Shown: positions 50,605-63,062, counted from the whole stretch's first letter. The stretch: DNA of 63,062 bases, filler included, from Asterionella formosa (GCA_002256025.1; 3 parts of 3 records of this genome joined end to end with filler, not necessarily neighbours in it), one strand, 5' to 3'. Made by a program: numbers and translations. The notes: generated from the sequence alone by a model not told the origin.

Positions 50605-52115
50605 GGCTGTGGTAAGTGAAGCAAGCAAGAGGATACAATGGAATGGCGTGATGTTGTGTCAGTGTAACATGTCCAGCTAACAAGTCATTCCTTCTCATTG
50701 TTATTGTATTTGCATAGGACAATAAGACCGATCAAACAGCGGAATAGTCGGTGAGTTCAGAATGACACTAACAGCAGGGAGAGAGACGCAACATTAGTAA
50801 GGCATTGCTTGGCACAAGATTCAGAAAAGAGGAAGAAAGGGTGGGACAGGAACAATATACATTGAGCCAAGTAGAGAGAGAAACCTTGGGTCACTGGCAT
50901 GTAAATAGATAGCATTGCTTAATTTGATAGTAAAATTACGATCCATTTCAATCTATTTTGAACAATGCTTGTGATTAGAATAATGATTATGCTTACGATA
51001 AATAGATTTACGATGAAACAATTCACATGACAGCATAGAGTTGAGCTGGTTTTAGGATTTGTTGTAGTTATAATTTACATCGGGCGATCACGAGAAGTGA
51101 AAATAATATGAGAAGGTTTATGATATTGATGGGAAATGTTGTTGATCAGTTTATATACATTGTGTGATGATAATGTTCTTATTATCATTATACTTCAAGG
51201 TTGGTAACATATTAATAAATCATCATAGTTACAAGATACCATGATCATATTTTTGATCAAAAAATTATCATATATACGAAAATCCTGTGCCACTTAGCGT
51301 ATGATACCCTTGATCCTATGTTCATGATACCTTTTATTTGCAGACGAAACAGCAGGATTGGAGCCCATTTATTGATCGATGCTTTCTCATTCAATCTTCA
51401 ACTGACACATTTTTTAATACAAATATACATCAGTTTCTTCCTCAATTTGTGGTAAGTGAAGCAAGATAGAAGCGAAATGCATGTTGTTGTGTAAGCAAAA
51501 CATGAACAGCTAACAATGAATTACTTTTCTTTGTTAGTATGGCTGATTGGAACAACGAAACAGATTCAATAGTAATAAGAAAATGCGTGAATGAAAACTC
51601 AGACCTGTCAGGAGTAAATGGTACAAAGCAGGGGAACAACGGCAAGGCAACCAGTACAACAACCTTCAGAATTGGATTGGGGGGGGGGGAAGGTGGAAGT
51701 GAAGTGAAAGTGAAAGCTGAAGCACCAATCATTGCGATGAGAGCATTGTAGAACATTCTGTAGCCACTCAAGATTTATAAACATAGAACTATTCTGAAAA
51801 ATAGTTCTAAATTTCGATCCATTTCATCCTATTTTAGACAGTGATATCGATGAGAATTACAATCATGCTAAGATAGATGTATGACAAAAGTATACACATC
51901 ATAGGACCATGCTTAACTAATTATATGATGCAATGGTATTATAACTATAATATTATCATCATACTTCAAGATCTGTAAAAGTTTACTGCATGATCATAAT
52001 TATATGATACATTGATCATATTTTTGATCCAAAAATTATCACATATGTAAAAATCCTGTGCCACTTAGCGTACGATATCCTTGATCCTATATGCATGATA
52101 GTTTTTATTTGCAGA
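50605..52115 (+). repeat. Old diverged tandem duplication (~0.8 kb period)
   Basis: GTGGTAAGTGAAGCAAG at ~50608 and ~51449; CGATCCATTTCA twice; AAAATCCTGTGCCACTTAGCGTA..TTTATTTGCAGA at ~51280-51344 and ~52050-52115. Confidence 0.75.
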
Positions 52116-55042
52116 TGCAAAGGACCTGAAAAAAAAATTTGCGTCCATTTCTCTTTATTTTCGCCAGGGAGGTATAGGAAACTCCGTACTTCCTCGCTTC
52201 ATGGAAAATTCTTTTTTATGTGCATGGTGCACAGACCTCGCTGTTTTTTTCAAATATCTTGCAAAATTCTACTAGTCGTGAGTTCTTCTACAAAGTTCGC
52301 GTACTTCTTTGAAAGTGCTCGTGACTTTCATTTCGTCAAATCGAGTTTGCGCTCTGTTTAAAAGGCATTAATTATCCATGGGCAATTTGATTGGCTAGAT
52401 ATCATATACCGGTACCAGGTAGTCATCTGCTCTTCTACAGTGAATGGCAAATTGATTCTGTGAACAAATGTGACCTCTTGAACCGATGAGCTCTGACGCA
52501 TTACCGCAATTGATTCCCCTAGAGCTTGCAATGCTCTCATGACCCGAGGGAGCATAGTTGACATTTGGCTTAAGTGAAGAAGTGCGAATGCACTGCTTTG
52601 AAAATTCTAAGACAACCAAGTTGAAAGATGTATTCATAATATCATTGCAAATGAGAGAGAACAAGAAAGAACTCACCTTATCCCTGGTGATTATATCAAA
52701 TCGTTTGATATGTACAACGAATAGTTGTTTTATAATTTTGTCAATATACTTCTGTGCAGTAAATATTTGGATACAATGCATTTGAAACCATAGCAGACGA
52801 CCGCCATTTTCGGATTTCAATTTGAAACATTATCCTGAACTCTATTGGGCCGAGGAAGTAGTAATAGACTCCTGGCAATGAGTATGCTCGATTTTGTGTA
52901 GAAAAATATAGATCTTATGTAGCACGGAATTATGTTCAAGGAATAATTATACTGGTAATGCACATAACTGGTACATAATAATTTTGAAACTCTTTGTCAC
53001 ATCAGCTTGCTCAATGCATTGTCATCATTCTTCTTGGTTTAAAAAAAAACTTATTAACCATTTGACCTGGTGTGGATAATGGCAAATATGTATCACACTG
53101 AGAGAGATCAAACTAAAAGACCTTAAAAGGCCGCAAAAGAACACGAAGTTTGCAAAAGACCGCAAAAAACAGCAAAAGAACGGGAAAATCCGGATTTGCG
53201 ACATTTTTCTGGCTGCATCCGTCTCATGGTTTTCGCGTTCTTTTGCGAACTTTGCACGCGTTCTTTTTGGAAAAGGTGATACAAGGTCGATTTTAGATAA
53301 CAGAACAAAAGTAAAGGCTATATAACATTTATGTATAGACAATCATCTAAGCATAAAGATATCGTCAAATATTTATATTCAGGTGATTGTGTTTGGATAA
53401 AATATGATTTGTTCATCATGAATGACAATATCAAATTGTTGAATGCTGGTAATTCTACTACTCTCGAGGTCTTAGATGTATTGGGTTCTCCCCAAGAGCA
53501 ACAAGCCAACATGGCAACAACAACAAGTCCCTCTGTCACATAGCCAACATTGATATGGACTCTAAAATAGCTAATACACACCTGACAATGACAACAACAA
53601 CTCTACAACATTAAAACAGCAATAGCAGCAGAGGAAGGTTTGCAAAAACTCATTACTATCAAGACATTTCTGCAAAATAATGATAATTAATTGTTTTTGT
53701 TTCATTGTATCATTATTTACATGATGGGATGGGGGATGTGTTGCTTCATCAGATGTTGCCACAACCTCTCCTTGTGGATTTGCACACCAATCAAAGTCAT
53801 TTGAAAGCTCACCTCTAAAGCAACTATAAAGTCTACAAAGGTTTCTACGTGAATCTCCGAAATTATGAAATCACTGCAATTTGCGAATTTCGACTAGGTA
53901 ATCCAAGTTGCCCCTGAATATCGAAATGACAGCAATCATCGACCACTCATTCACATTGCTCGATCGGCATGATGAAACAGTATTTATTTAGCTATTAAAA
54001 TACAACACTAATTATGATTCTTTTTTACAACGATTTTTCTATTGCCCTTGTCGTCTACAAACGTTTAAATCAGAAGCAATGCGACTGGCCTTTTCTTACG
54101 GACCGGACCTTCTTTTTCTCTTCCTATAAGGTACGTGTTTTTGAACAGATTTTTTCAGAAACGACGGATTACATGATTGTTACATGTTTTTCTTCGCGGG
54201 AACGACATCTTATAGCGTATTAATACGTGTGTGTCCCCTCCATAAATAAGGTACCAGGTACCGGTAGACTCGGCCGAGTACGTATCATGTGATAGAGAAG
54301 TGTTCCGGTCGTACAAGTATGTTATAGGAACAATGCTGTTCGGTGAACAAATCTCTAAATAGAAATTGCACCATCCCACACATGCACCATTCTCGGAACA
54401 GTTGTTTTTCAAGATTAATTAGCAACTGGTAGTCTACTAAGTTAGTACCGGTTGTGTATTTGTCGTCTTCACACCTGTGTTGCACTACCAGGTACTCTAT
54501 GTTCTTTTGTGCACAGCCCTAGACTACTTACCTGGTACCTGGTACCAGGAATCCGCCAGGTCGAGGAGCACATCTATATTACGGTATATTACCAGGTACC
54601 GGTACCAAGTACCTGGTACCAGGACCAGATGAGTGGCCAGGTGAACCCACGACCTACAGTCCGGCACTGAAAGCAGATGCAGAGAAAAATGGATTCCAGC
54701 AATATAAATTGTATCCTCTACAGTAACAAAATTGGCTGAACTAAAATGAATATATAGAGAGTTGACAGCCTACAAGCAAAAAGTCATCATAATGACGACA
54801 AGGAAGGAAGTGCTGCCTCTTGAAGGTAGCTAGCTTGTACTTACAGAACAACAGCCACCCATCCGTGGCAAATGTACCATATTAGATACCGTTCCTTTTG
54901 GGTAAGTATGATTCAATGCATGGTACCTGGTACATATTAGAGCGTCATGTAAGAGTGTAAATCAAGCTCAATCACAGCAGCTCAGGCCATAATAAATAAT
55001 ACCCAGCACATCATTTAACAAAGGATAGTTGCACCATCATCA

Positions 55043-56947
55043 ATGGATCAGTGCGGCGATACTCAAGCCACCATGACCAAGTCCTCCGCCTCCGCGAAGC
55101 GACCCGCTGATTTTTCTTCCAGGGCTTCCAAGAAGAACAAGCAGGAGGCCATAGCAGTGCGTAAAGCAGCAAACGCATCGACGGCAGCAGCTGCCCCTGT
55201 CGCGCTGCAAGAGCTTCCACGTCTCCCTGACGACGTCTTCTCGGTCATCTTCGAAATGCTGCTTCCACGTGACCTCCACAGTCTTGCCCTGACCAGTCGC
55301 GCTCTCATGAACTCCCTCTCTCCCAAGACCATTATTCGGGCGTCCACGCTTCAGGGCGGCCACGCGGCAACGACAATGGCCAGTCTCTTGGAGCTCATGG
55401 AACGCAGGCAGATCCACTGTCCGTCGCCCATGCGGATCTTACGACTGGCCCTGGGTCGGCGCTGCGAGTCTCCTACGTGCCAGAGACGCGTGCATACTGT
55501 GAGACCGCACTTTGGGCTGTTCATGTGTGCTGACTGCTTGAAGCAGAACACAACCACTCGAGCGGTGTGGAAGATGAGCGAGGTCAACCATCGCGACATG
55601 CTGTCATCGGAGAGGACTGCGTTCGACAGTGGAGCTTACGGAGCGACCAAGTTCTGGTCAGCACCGTACAAGACCCTGGGCGGGGAACTCTGCGGACCTG
55701 TAGTCACGATTGCAGACGTAGATCGGGTTCTGAAAGAGAACAAAACCGTTGGGGAGTTTGAGCAGTTTGCTAGAGACACTGCTTCAATCACCTATGACAA
55801 TCAAAAGAACTGCGTGGACCAGCTCAGAACCATATTCAATGAGGCTTTGGAAGAGCTAACGCGAGCGAATCTCGTCAAGTCAGAACGCAAGCAGCAAGCA
55901 ATGCAAGTCAAGGAACTGAAGCTTCAGTCCCTGGTGGCGCAAGTTGCCGCCATGGTTGACCAGGAATGGAAGAACGAATGCATGACAGCTCGATGGCCAT
56001 CATGTTCGTGCTGCAGTGGCCCAGTGTTTGAATCACCTGTCGTCAACTCGTTATTCAAAGTTGTCAAGGATGCTCCCAGCAAAGGGACCAAAAAGCGTCT
56101 CCGGATGATAGCCGAGGATATAAATACGAACTTTGAGATTATCAACGACTCGGGCTTTCGCGAGCTGACCTTTCTTTCAGAAGACGCAGAGAACTTTCCT
56201 TTTCAAGCACACCTTCGTGCTTATCTCTGGGAGCACACTCAGGATGATCGAGCATTGAAACTCACCCTCACTGACGTCGAAGCCCTAGAGGCCGATGAAG
56301 CCTTCCTTGTGCTCAAGCGAGTATTGTGGAGTTCAAATGGATGTTGTTTGTGTGTAGCGACACATACGATGATGCACATAATGGTGAGCAATGGGCCTGA
56401 CCCAGGCATCTATACTCGGCAAGCCAACGAGATGGCTCGCCAAGTGTGGCGAAAGTGTGGAGCTATTACCGCCGACACTTCAGATCAGCTCTTGGAAATC
56501 TACGAGGGAAATTATGCTCGGGCTCGGGCCGAGTACAATGAGCTCTCTACTGCTATTCTTGCGTTTTTGAACGACCAAACCACGTTTTTATACTTGGAAG
56601 AACCAGACAAGGCTTCTGACGTGGAAAACGAGGCATGGAGGAGGACAAAGGCGAAAGTGGTGAATGGAATGTGGAAAAATCAAGCTTGCTGGAATCTGAT
56701 TCATGAGGGAGTCGACTATGACGACCTTTTGTTCTTTGTGAAGTTGGAAGCCGAAGAGCTGTACACGAGACATAGAAGTGTTCAGTATCCAATATTCGAT
56801 GCAGGATTTCGATTTGGCGGTATACAGCTTGGGCCGCTTGACTTTGCACGCTTTCTCGATGTAATCAATCCTGATCAAGAAGACGACGGAGGAGTGGACG
56901 ACGAGGAGAGCGATAATGAGCATGTTTGGTATGATGATGCCGATTGA
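55043..56947 (+). CDS. F-box protein with a downstream Cys-rich (zinc-finger-like) motif
   Basis: LPRLPDDVFSVIFEMLLPRDLHSLALTSRAL (F-box); CESPTC..FGLFMCADC; intact 634-aa ORF. The start may be at 55073. Confidence 0.8.
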   Translation: MDQCGDTQATMTKSSASAKRPADFSSRASKKNKQEAIAVRKAANASTAAAAPVALQELPRLPDDVFSVIFEMLLPRDLHSLALTSRALMNSLSPKTIIRASTLQGGHAATTMASLLELMERRQIHCPSPMRILRLALGRRCESPTCQRRVHTVRPHFGLFMCADCLKQNTTTRAVWKMSEVNHRDMLSSERTAFDSGAYGATKFWSAPYKTLGGELCGPVVTIADVDRVLKENKTVGEFEQFARDTASITYDNQKNCVDQLRTIFNEALEELTRANLVKSERKQQAMQVKELKLQSLVAQVAAMVDQEWKNECMTARWPSCSCCSGPVFESPVVNSLFKVVKDAPSKGTKKRLRMIAEDINTNFEIINDSGFRELTFLSEDAENFPFQAHLRAYLWEHTQDDRALKLTLTDVEALEADEAFLVLKRVLWSSNGCCLCVATHTMMHIMVSNGPDPGIYTRQANEMARQVWRKCGAITADTSDQLLEIYEGNYARARAEYNELSTAILAFLNDQTTFLYLEEPDKASDVENEAWRRTKAKVVNGMWKNQACWNLIHEGVDYDDLLFFVKLEAEELYTRHRSVQYPIFDAGFRFGGIQLGPLDFARFLDVINPDQEDDGGVDDEESDNEHVWYDDAD

Positions 56948-57192
56948 ATACCGTTTCTGTTTGCGAATTGCTCTTTAGCATTGGATGCTTGACACAAGAT
57001 CTGACTGGTTTCGTCGACAAGTTCATAAATTTCTGCAATGCATGAATAAGGCTGTTACATTCAAAATGACAGGAATGATGGCAATTTATCACAGTTGAAC
57101 AACGTTTCAAATCCCTTAGACTGTAGATACAAAAATTATGTACGTTCCACTTTGTGATTTTCATCCAACAAAAGTGTGGTACAGTTTAAGCA

Positions 57193-58140
57193 TTAGTAAT
57201 TGTCAAGTTGATGCCCATTTTCTGTTGCCTTCGTACATAGCTGCGTTGCCATCTCTTTCCCCAATTCATCGTTGGCATGCCAATATACTAATACAGCTGC
57301 ACTCCAAAAGAGGCTTCGACTCCCATCATCGCCAACCGAATCGGTATTACCCTCCAGTTGCTTGTCGGCAGTGGTGTCGTCATCATCACTAATCTCTAAT
57401 CGATTATCAAATAGATCCAATAAGAAATTACTTACAAATCTCCCTCCGTCCAACCCTACCTGTTTCGACACTATCTTGAGAGATTCTAGACTGGTGGTCC
57501 TGCGTCTAATCCCCAGAAAGAATAACCCCCCGGACGTTTTCATCAATGACTTGGCCGTCACGAACAAGTCGGGCACCCACACGTCTGTCATCTCATAAAT
57601 CACATCCGATGCCACGACTCGGTCAAATCCATCTGCAGTCCCAAGTAGTCTTTCTTTAACTCGCTGAGCATGCGAGGGTTGGCACCAGTCGAGTGTCTCA
57701 CAGTAACATAAGGCCTTGTTTTGTTCCACATTGTATTTCGCATATTGTAACGTTTCTTCGTCACAATCGGTCAAGACGACCAACCCTTCCATCATTAATG
57801 CTTGCGATACCAGCCCGCACAGTCCCAACCCACATCCCAACTCCACCACAGTTGACGGATTGCCTTGACAACATGCCAAGAAATCAGACAAGAGCTTCCC
57901 GGCCGGCCATAAGGCAAGTCCAGTCGGAGTGCGTCCGGTGGTGTTTTCGTTGTGTGCGTCAGCTTCTACTTGATGGAAGCTCTTGCCGTATAAATCAATG
58001 GTAACAACAGCAGGGACAGCCGTAATGCTAGTAGTAGTACCGATCGTAGATGAGGCGAAGAACGGAATGGTGTATGATTCGGCAATGGTGCGTATCATAA
58101 TACCAGGAGGCAGACTCTGGATCACTTCATCATCACTCAT
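57193..58140 (-). CDS. Seven-beta-strand protein lysine methyltransferase (Methyltransf_16 / METTL21-like)
   Basis: TGLALWPAGKLL, VVELGCGLGLCG, VVLTD, LDW, ASDVIY. Confidence 0.88.
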   Translation of the reverse strand: MSDDEVIQSLPPGIMIRTIAESYTIPFFASSTIGTTTSITAVPAVVTIDLYGKSFHQVEADAHNENTTGRTPTGLALWPAGKLLSDFLACCQGNPSTVVELGCGLGLCGLVSQALMMEGLVVLTDCDEETLQYAKYNVEQNKALCYCETLDWCQPSHAQRVKERLLGTADGFDRVVASDVIYEMTDVWVPDLFVTAKSLMKTSGGLFFLGIRRRTTSLESLKIVSKQVGLDGGRFVSNFLLDLFDNRLEISDDDDTTADKQLEGNTDSVGDDGSRSLFWSAAVLVYWHANDELGKEMATQLCTKATENGHQLDNY

Positions 58141-60292
58141 CTGACGAGTAAATAACTAGGATAGTAACAAACAACGATATGGCATGAAAGGCAAGGAGGC
58201 TACCGGTAAATCGTTACACCACACCCATTGATTTGTTATCGTTGTCAACAATTATACCGGGTCCACCGGTAGTCCCTTGCTGCTGGTGGGCGGTGATGGT
58301 GCTGTGCGACAAAGATCATGCATCATGTGAGATGCTCCCGTCCAGCCATCTTTTGGCTTCGTTTTCTGATTGGTGGCTTTCTTTTGTTCTTGTTCTTTTG
58401 GCCGCCTCACTACTGGCGTCACATCGTACCGGTACCAACCAGGTACCGGTATATCATTTCTCGGCCTCTGCTACCACCTCGTAGCACCAAAACAAGATTG
58501 GAGATCAAAAGAAGGCGAAGTTCTAAAACTGCCACAGTCAGGTCAGCACTATTTATCTATTGGTAACAATATTCCGGTTCTTCGTATGTATGTACAGTAC
58601 ATATCTTGGTCGATGTACCTACCAGCCTACCAGTAGTAATCTACACCTATAATGTACCTAGCAACTACGGTAGTCTACTCCTACATTTCATACATAGTGT
58701 GTAAAATAGGAATGGCGACATTTGCTTGAATCTTGAGTTTCTCAAAGCAAGAAGGGCCGAAGCAAAAAAGCAATACCCGGTAGGCAGTTCGGTAATTGCA
58801 TGTTTCAAGGACTGAAACAAGAAAACGTCCGATTTTGATCACTTATATTGAGCAAAAGTTTAATTTGGCTGATCCACATTTTGTACCTTTTGGAACAAGA
58901 AATAAAGTCGTTTCTTGGCAGCCAATGTGTTGCGTCAGAGCGAAGCCATTTTGACCTTTAAGGGAGCATTCATCTGGACAAATTTTTTGAAATTTATCAA
59001 AAATAGGTATTTGTTGCTCCTTTCTGAGTGGAAGAAATGAAAAGACAAAATTTTTCAACAGCTTTGAAATTGTTATTGTCGCTCTGTTCATTGCCAATGT
59101 CAGAGCAAACATGTTGTTATCATCCCTTCCTCGGAGCATTTTCGTTGATTTCAATTGCTGTGGCAAAAAATGCAAAGCCCCTGGATCCTTGGGGAAGGTG
59201 ACACCTAACAGCTTCAGTATCCAAATTTTTTGATACCATAATGTCCATTTCATTCTGACTGCCCATCAAAAATTTGAAGAATGCAAAATGCCGCATCTCG
59301 TATTGGACATTTCTTGCATTCCCGAGAATCACTTGAACAAATGGCATTTCTTCTTGTGACCTCTCATTGTACGTGTTCACAAAATTGCAACTCAGCATAT
59401 TAGGTTCAAAATTGCTTCCTAAATAGGAGTGCACCAGACACATTTGTTGAAAAGTATCCGATAAATGCATCAGTTGTTCTGAAAATGACATGGTGCAATG
59501 TAGTCGTAAATTCTATCTCGCCCACAATCCGTTGGAAATTGATACACTCCCTTTTGCAGCTCCTTGAGAAGAAAAAATTGAGATAGCTCTTTTCTTGCAT
59601 CAATGCAATTACTTGCAGAGTAATGAAGCAGTTCCCATTTGTATGTCTATAGACAAGCATGAACATTCAGTGCTTCAGTATTTTCCCTGGGTTCGCCAAT
59701 CACTTGGGCAATTAAAAAGGTAGCCACAACATTTAGTTTTTCGACTTTGACTGGTGGTGAAACCCCTCCATTACAATGCGACCAGCTCATACATTCATCT
59801 AGAGATGGATTCTCTTGATCATCTCAGTACAACCCAATCATTAGAAGTACATGCTTGCAGTCGAAATCTATTTGCAGGAATGACAAGGAGTTTCACACTT
59901 AATTTGTCGGCATACTGCAATTCACCATAGTGCATCACAAAGCAGTCTTGAGGCTCTCATTTTTTTGGATGGAGTTTTGGACAATGTGTAGAGGTAGCCA
60001 AATCTTTTTCAAAACATAACATTTTCATTCTCCTTCTCGTAGCGTAACATCGGCCATGGGCAATTAAATACCCTCAATTGACGACAAGCCCAATTGCAAA
60101 ATTGGAAGCGTTGGTACTATAAAAGGCATTACGACACTTTCTTTCATGTACAGGCGGTCCATTTTATGTTATGCTGCATTAGTGTACTAGTGTAAGTGTG
60201 TTCGCAGTGGGTGGCTGTGATGCCTTGTCACTCCTTTTCCTGGAGATGGACCATATACAATTATTCTCAAAATTCTTTAAAACTTGCATATT

Positions 60293-62833
60293 TTATCGAG
60301 CAGCTGCCACATCATTGTACACCTTGCGGTCCAATGCGGCCAATCGTTCCTCCGTTCCAAGCAAGGCAGGACGAACATAGCCAGATTGACCCTCCTCATC
60401 TGTCAAGTGCTCAAAAACATTAACTTGAATCAAAGCGTCACGCAATGCATCTGCCATGGCAATTTTGTCTGTCTCTTGGGCAGTGGGTGCTCGCTTTTCA
60501 CGTCGGAGAGTGGATGCAATCTTGTCAGCTTCAACACAAATGGGTAGAGCCCGAATCAGATCCGATGCCTGATGGCCAGTGCCAGCAGGGGCCATGTAAA
60601 TGCCTTCTTCAAAAAAGTCACGAAGCTCCGAAGGAGTGGTAATCAAGTGAGCCACTTCCTTGGTGAGCTCATCACTTGGATTACGGTATGGACGAGTCAA
60701 ATTACCAAGCGGAAAGCAACCAGCCTTCATGACAGTCGAAGCAATGCCACCAAGAGGACCAGGAAAGTTATCAGCGGCCGCCTTGAGAGCGTCTTGAGCT
60801 TCCGTCTCCAGACGAAGCATGGCGTGCTCGGTAATGGTTTCCAATCCTTTGATACCACGACGGCGTGTATAGTGGTGAAGCGTAGCATATCCCAAAAAGA
60901 TGGAACCGAGGGCATCAGCCAGACGTCCCATGAGAAGTTCTTCAAACTTGAGCCTTCCTCCAAGGGTAAAACAAAGATCTGCCGTCAAGGCAAAGTTGGC
61001 TGACAGGCGAAGGAGTTGTTTCTCGTGGTGTTCCAACAGCTTGTCACCGTCTTTGTATGCATTCTTGGATCTAAAAGTAGAGGCAATTGTAGCACCCAAT
61101 CCACGAGAGATGGAATGGTACAAGTTGGTGGTTCCATGTCCCACAACCTTGTAGAATTGCCTAGTAAAAATCTCGACCGCTTCTTTCTCCTGTGTCTGTG
61201 GCATCTGTAGTGAGTTGATCAACTCCAACATGTGCGGATGACAACGAGTCAAACCCTGTCCAATAATTTGAAAGGATCTCGTCATTATGTTTGCGCCTTC
61301 GACAGTAATAGCAATTGGGAGTGACATGTAGGCATTTCCCAAATAATTCATGTCACCTCGGCAAATGGCAGATCCAGCGGCAATGTCCATACCACGTTCC
61401 ACAATACGACGGCCACGTTCCGTACAGTTCTGCTTCATGACAGATGAAATTACCATGGGCGCTTCATGATTGTCCACAATAGCATTCATCAAGTCAGTTC
61501 CAGCAATGGTAATAACTCCATCCGATGCAGCATTTCCAAGCGCTTCCTGGATACCCCCAAACTCTGCAATGGGCACTCTAAATTGCTTTCGAATACGAGC
61601 GTATGCTCCCACGGATGCAGCAACACCGCGTGCGGCACCAGCCGATCCGGCCGGGAGCGAGACTCCACGTCCTTCGGCAAGGCACTCCACAAACATGTGC
61701 CATCCATAGCCACATCGTTCTTGCCCGCCGAGGATGCAGTCCATGGGTATCCAAACGTCTTCCCCTTCGACGGTTCCATTCATAAATGCAGCATTGAGGG
61801 GCATATGGCGGGGTCCCATGCGAAGACCGGGGTGTCCTCGTCTGTTGGGAAATTTTGGATGTGTTAGCCAATAATCTAAAGCACACAAAGGAGTACAACA
61901 GCACAAGCAGCAACTCACTCTAACAAGGCCACAGTGAAGCCATCTTCTCCTTGTCCTTTCAGCAGGCCATTTGGATCTTTCAAGTTAAGCCCCAGCCCAA
62001 TCACACCAGCCACCGGTGCCAAGGTAATGTACCTCTTCTTGAATGATGCCACGACGCCCAATTGCCCATCTCGTTCCGTCACGATACAGTCGCTCTGAAT
62101 GAGCGACGTGGCATCACTTCCAGAATGTGGTCCCGTCAACCCAAAGCAGGGGATGAGTGTCCCATCGGCCAATCGAGGAAGAAAGTACTCCTGTTGTTCG
62201 CGCGTTCCATATCGGACCAACAGTTCTCCCGGCCCCAATGAATTGGGAACCGCCACGGTCGCATTGGCATCAAAGCAATGAGTGGCAAGCTTTGCCAAAG
62301 TGGCCGAGACGGCTTGTGTCGAAAATCCCAAGCCCCCATACTCCTTTGGAATCTTCATTCCGAAGAACTTTTCATCTCTCATGTAATCCCAAGCTTCCTT
62401 GGTAAAGTCCTTCTTGGTGGACACGTCATGATCATTCAAGAGAGCACAGAGTCGGTCGACCTTGTTGTGAACAAAGTCCTCCTCTTCAGCAGTCAATTTG
62501 GGTTTGTACGTGTCGATGAGATGCTTGAGAGATGGCGATCCCGAGAAAATGTCTCGATCGAACCCTGACAAATAATGAATGGACGGGTGAGACAGGCGGG
62601 ACTTATTCTCCATGCAGGCAACTCACACGCAACATCGTACCAATGGTGCCACATCCGAGAGCAATCTGTTCCGTCTTGGAGATGGAAGGCATGACTCCCT
62701 TGGCCAGACGGTACAATCGCTTGTCAAGCGCCTTGGAGATGCCAAGGATCGAGCGGCTTTGTTGCTGTTGATGAGCAGGGAGTTTGCGTGATGCTCCCAG
62801 GATCATCTTTCGACCAAGAGTAGGAGGTACCAT
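60293..62833 (-). CDS. FadE-type long acyl-CoA dehydrogenase; exons 62833-62641, 62564-61919, 61841-60293
   Basis: MPSISKTEQIALGCGTI|GFDRDIFSG, VPNSLGPGELL, PCFGLTGPHSGSDA, KRYITLAP, CLAEGRGVSLP, RKQFRVPIAEFGGIQE, PIAITVEGANIMTR, LGGRLKFEE. Both GT-AG introns restore the frame. Confidence 0.93.
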
Positions 62834-63062
62834 GATGTGAGGGCGTGGATTCGGTGTTGCTGTTGATGAAGAAAGTGAACAAGGTTTCTTGCTGTGTCGT
62901 TCTCCTGGCTTTTTTTCTTCTCGCAGATTGCAAATTTTGTGGGATATACACAGGACATACATATCACTGATGGATTTCACGCCAGTACACAACGGTAATC
63001 GAGTACTGTATGATCCAGTACTGATGATGGACTACGTAGTTGTACCTCGGAGTACCGGTAGC

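Larger units (their letters stand above)
42116..52115 (-). mobile_element. Large Plavaka/CMC-type DNA transposon, copy 2 (inverted relative to copy 1, decayed)
   Basis: Reverse-complement homology to copy 1. Retains the transposase N-terminal/catalytic part and an accessory gene that copy 1 lacks. Confidence 0.75.

Noticed and set aside
23774..62833. Bacterial contamination or recent HGT suggested by ispD, FadE and YciH-like genes
   Set aside because: ispD and FadE have spliceosomal introns, all three have N-terminal extensions, and they sit among eukaryotic genes.

Overview
Eukaryotic, AT-rich scaffold. It is inferred to come from a diatom or related ochrophyte, based on short GT-AG introns and an IspD with a signal peptide plus Phe-initiated plastid presequence. 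It contains two 100-bp N-gaps. Host genes: PDS5 (3 exons), a YciH/SUI1-type protein, plastid ispD (2 exons), two paralogous GH99-like type II membrane glycosidases with Pro/Thr/Ser stalks, a putative type II glycosyltransferase, an F-box protein, a Methyltransf_16 lysine methyltransferase, a FadE-type acyl-CoA dehydrogenase (3 exons) and a few small unknown ORFs. Much of the rest is decayed transposon DNA: an internally deleted PIF/Harbinger, four IS630/Tc1-mariner-like fragments, a Ginger/KRBA2-like remnant with a Ulp1 protease and a nested non-LTR fragment, and a tyrosine recombinase remnant. The most notable structure is two diverged, inverted copies (about 4.1-11.1 kb and 42.1-52.1 kb) of a large multi-gene Plavaka/CMC-type element. 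The copies retain different parts of the transposase, carry a Ulp1-like protease gene and share a candidate terminal motif. All family assignments rest on motif recognition by eye, not database searches.
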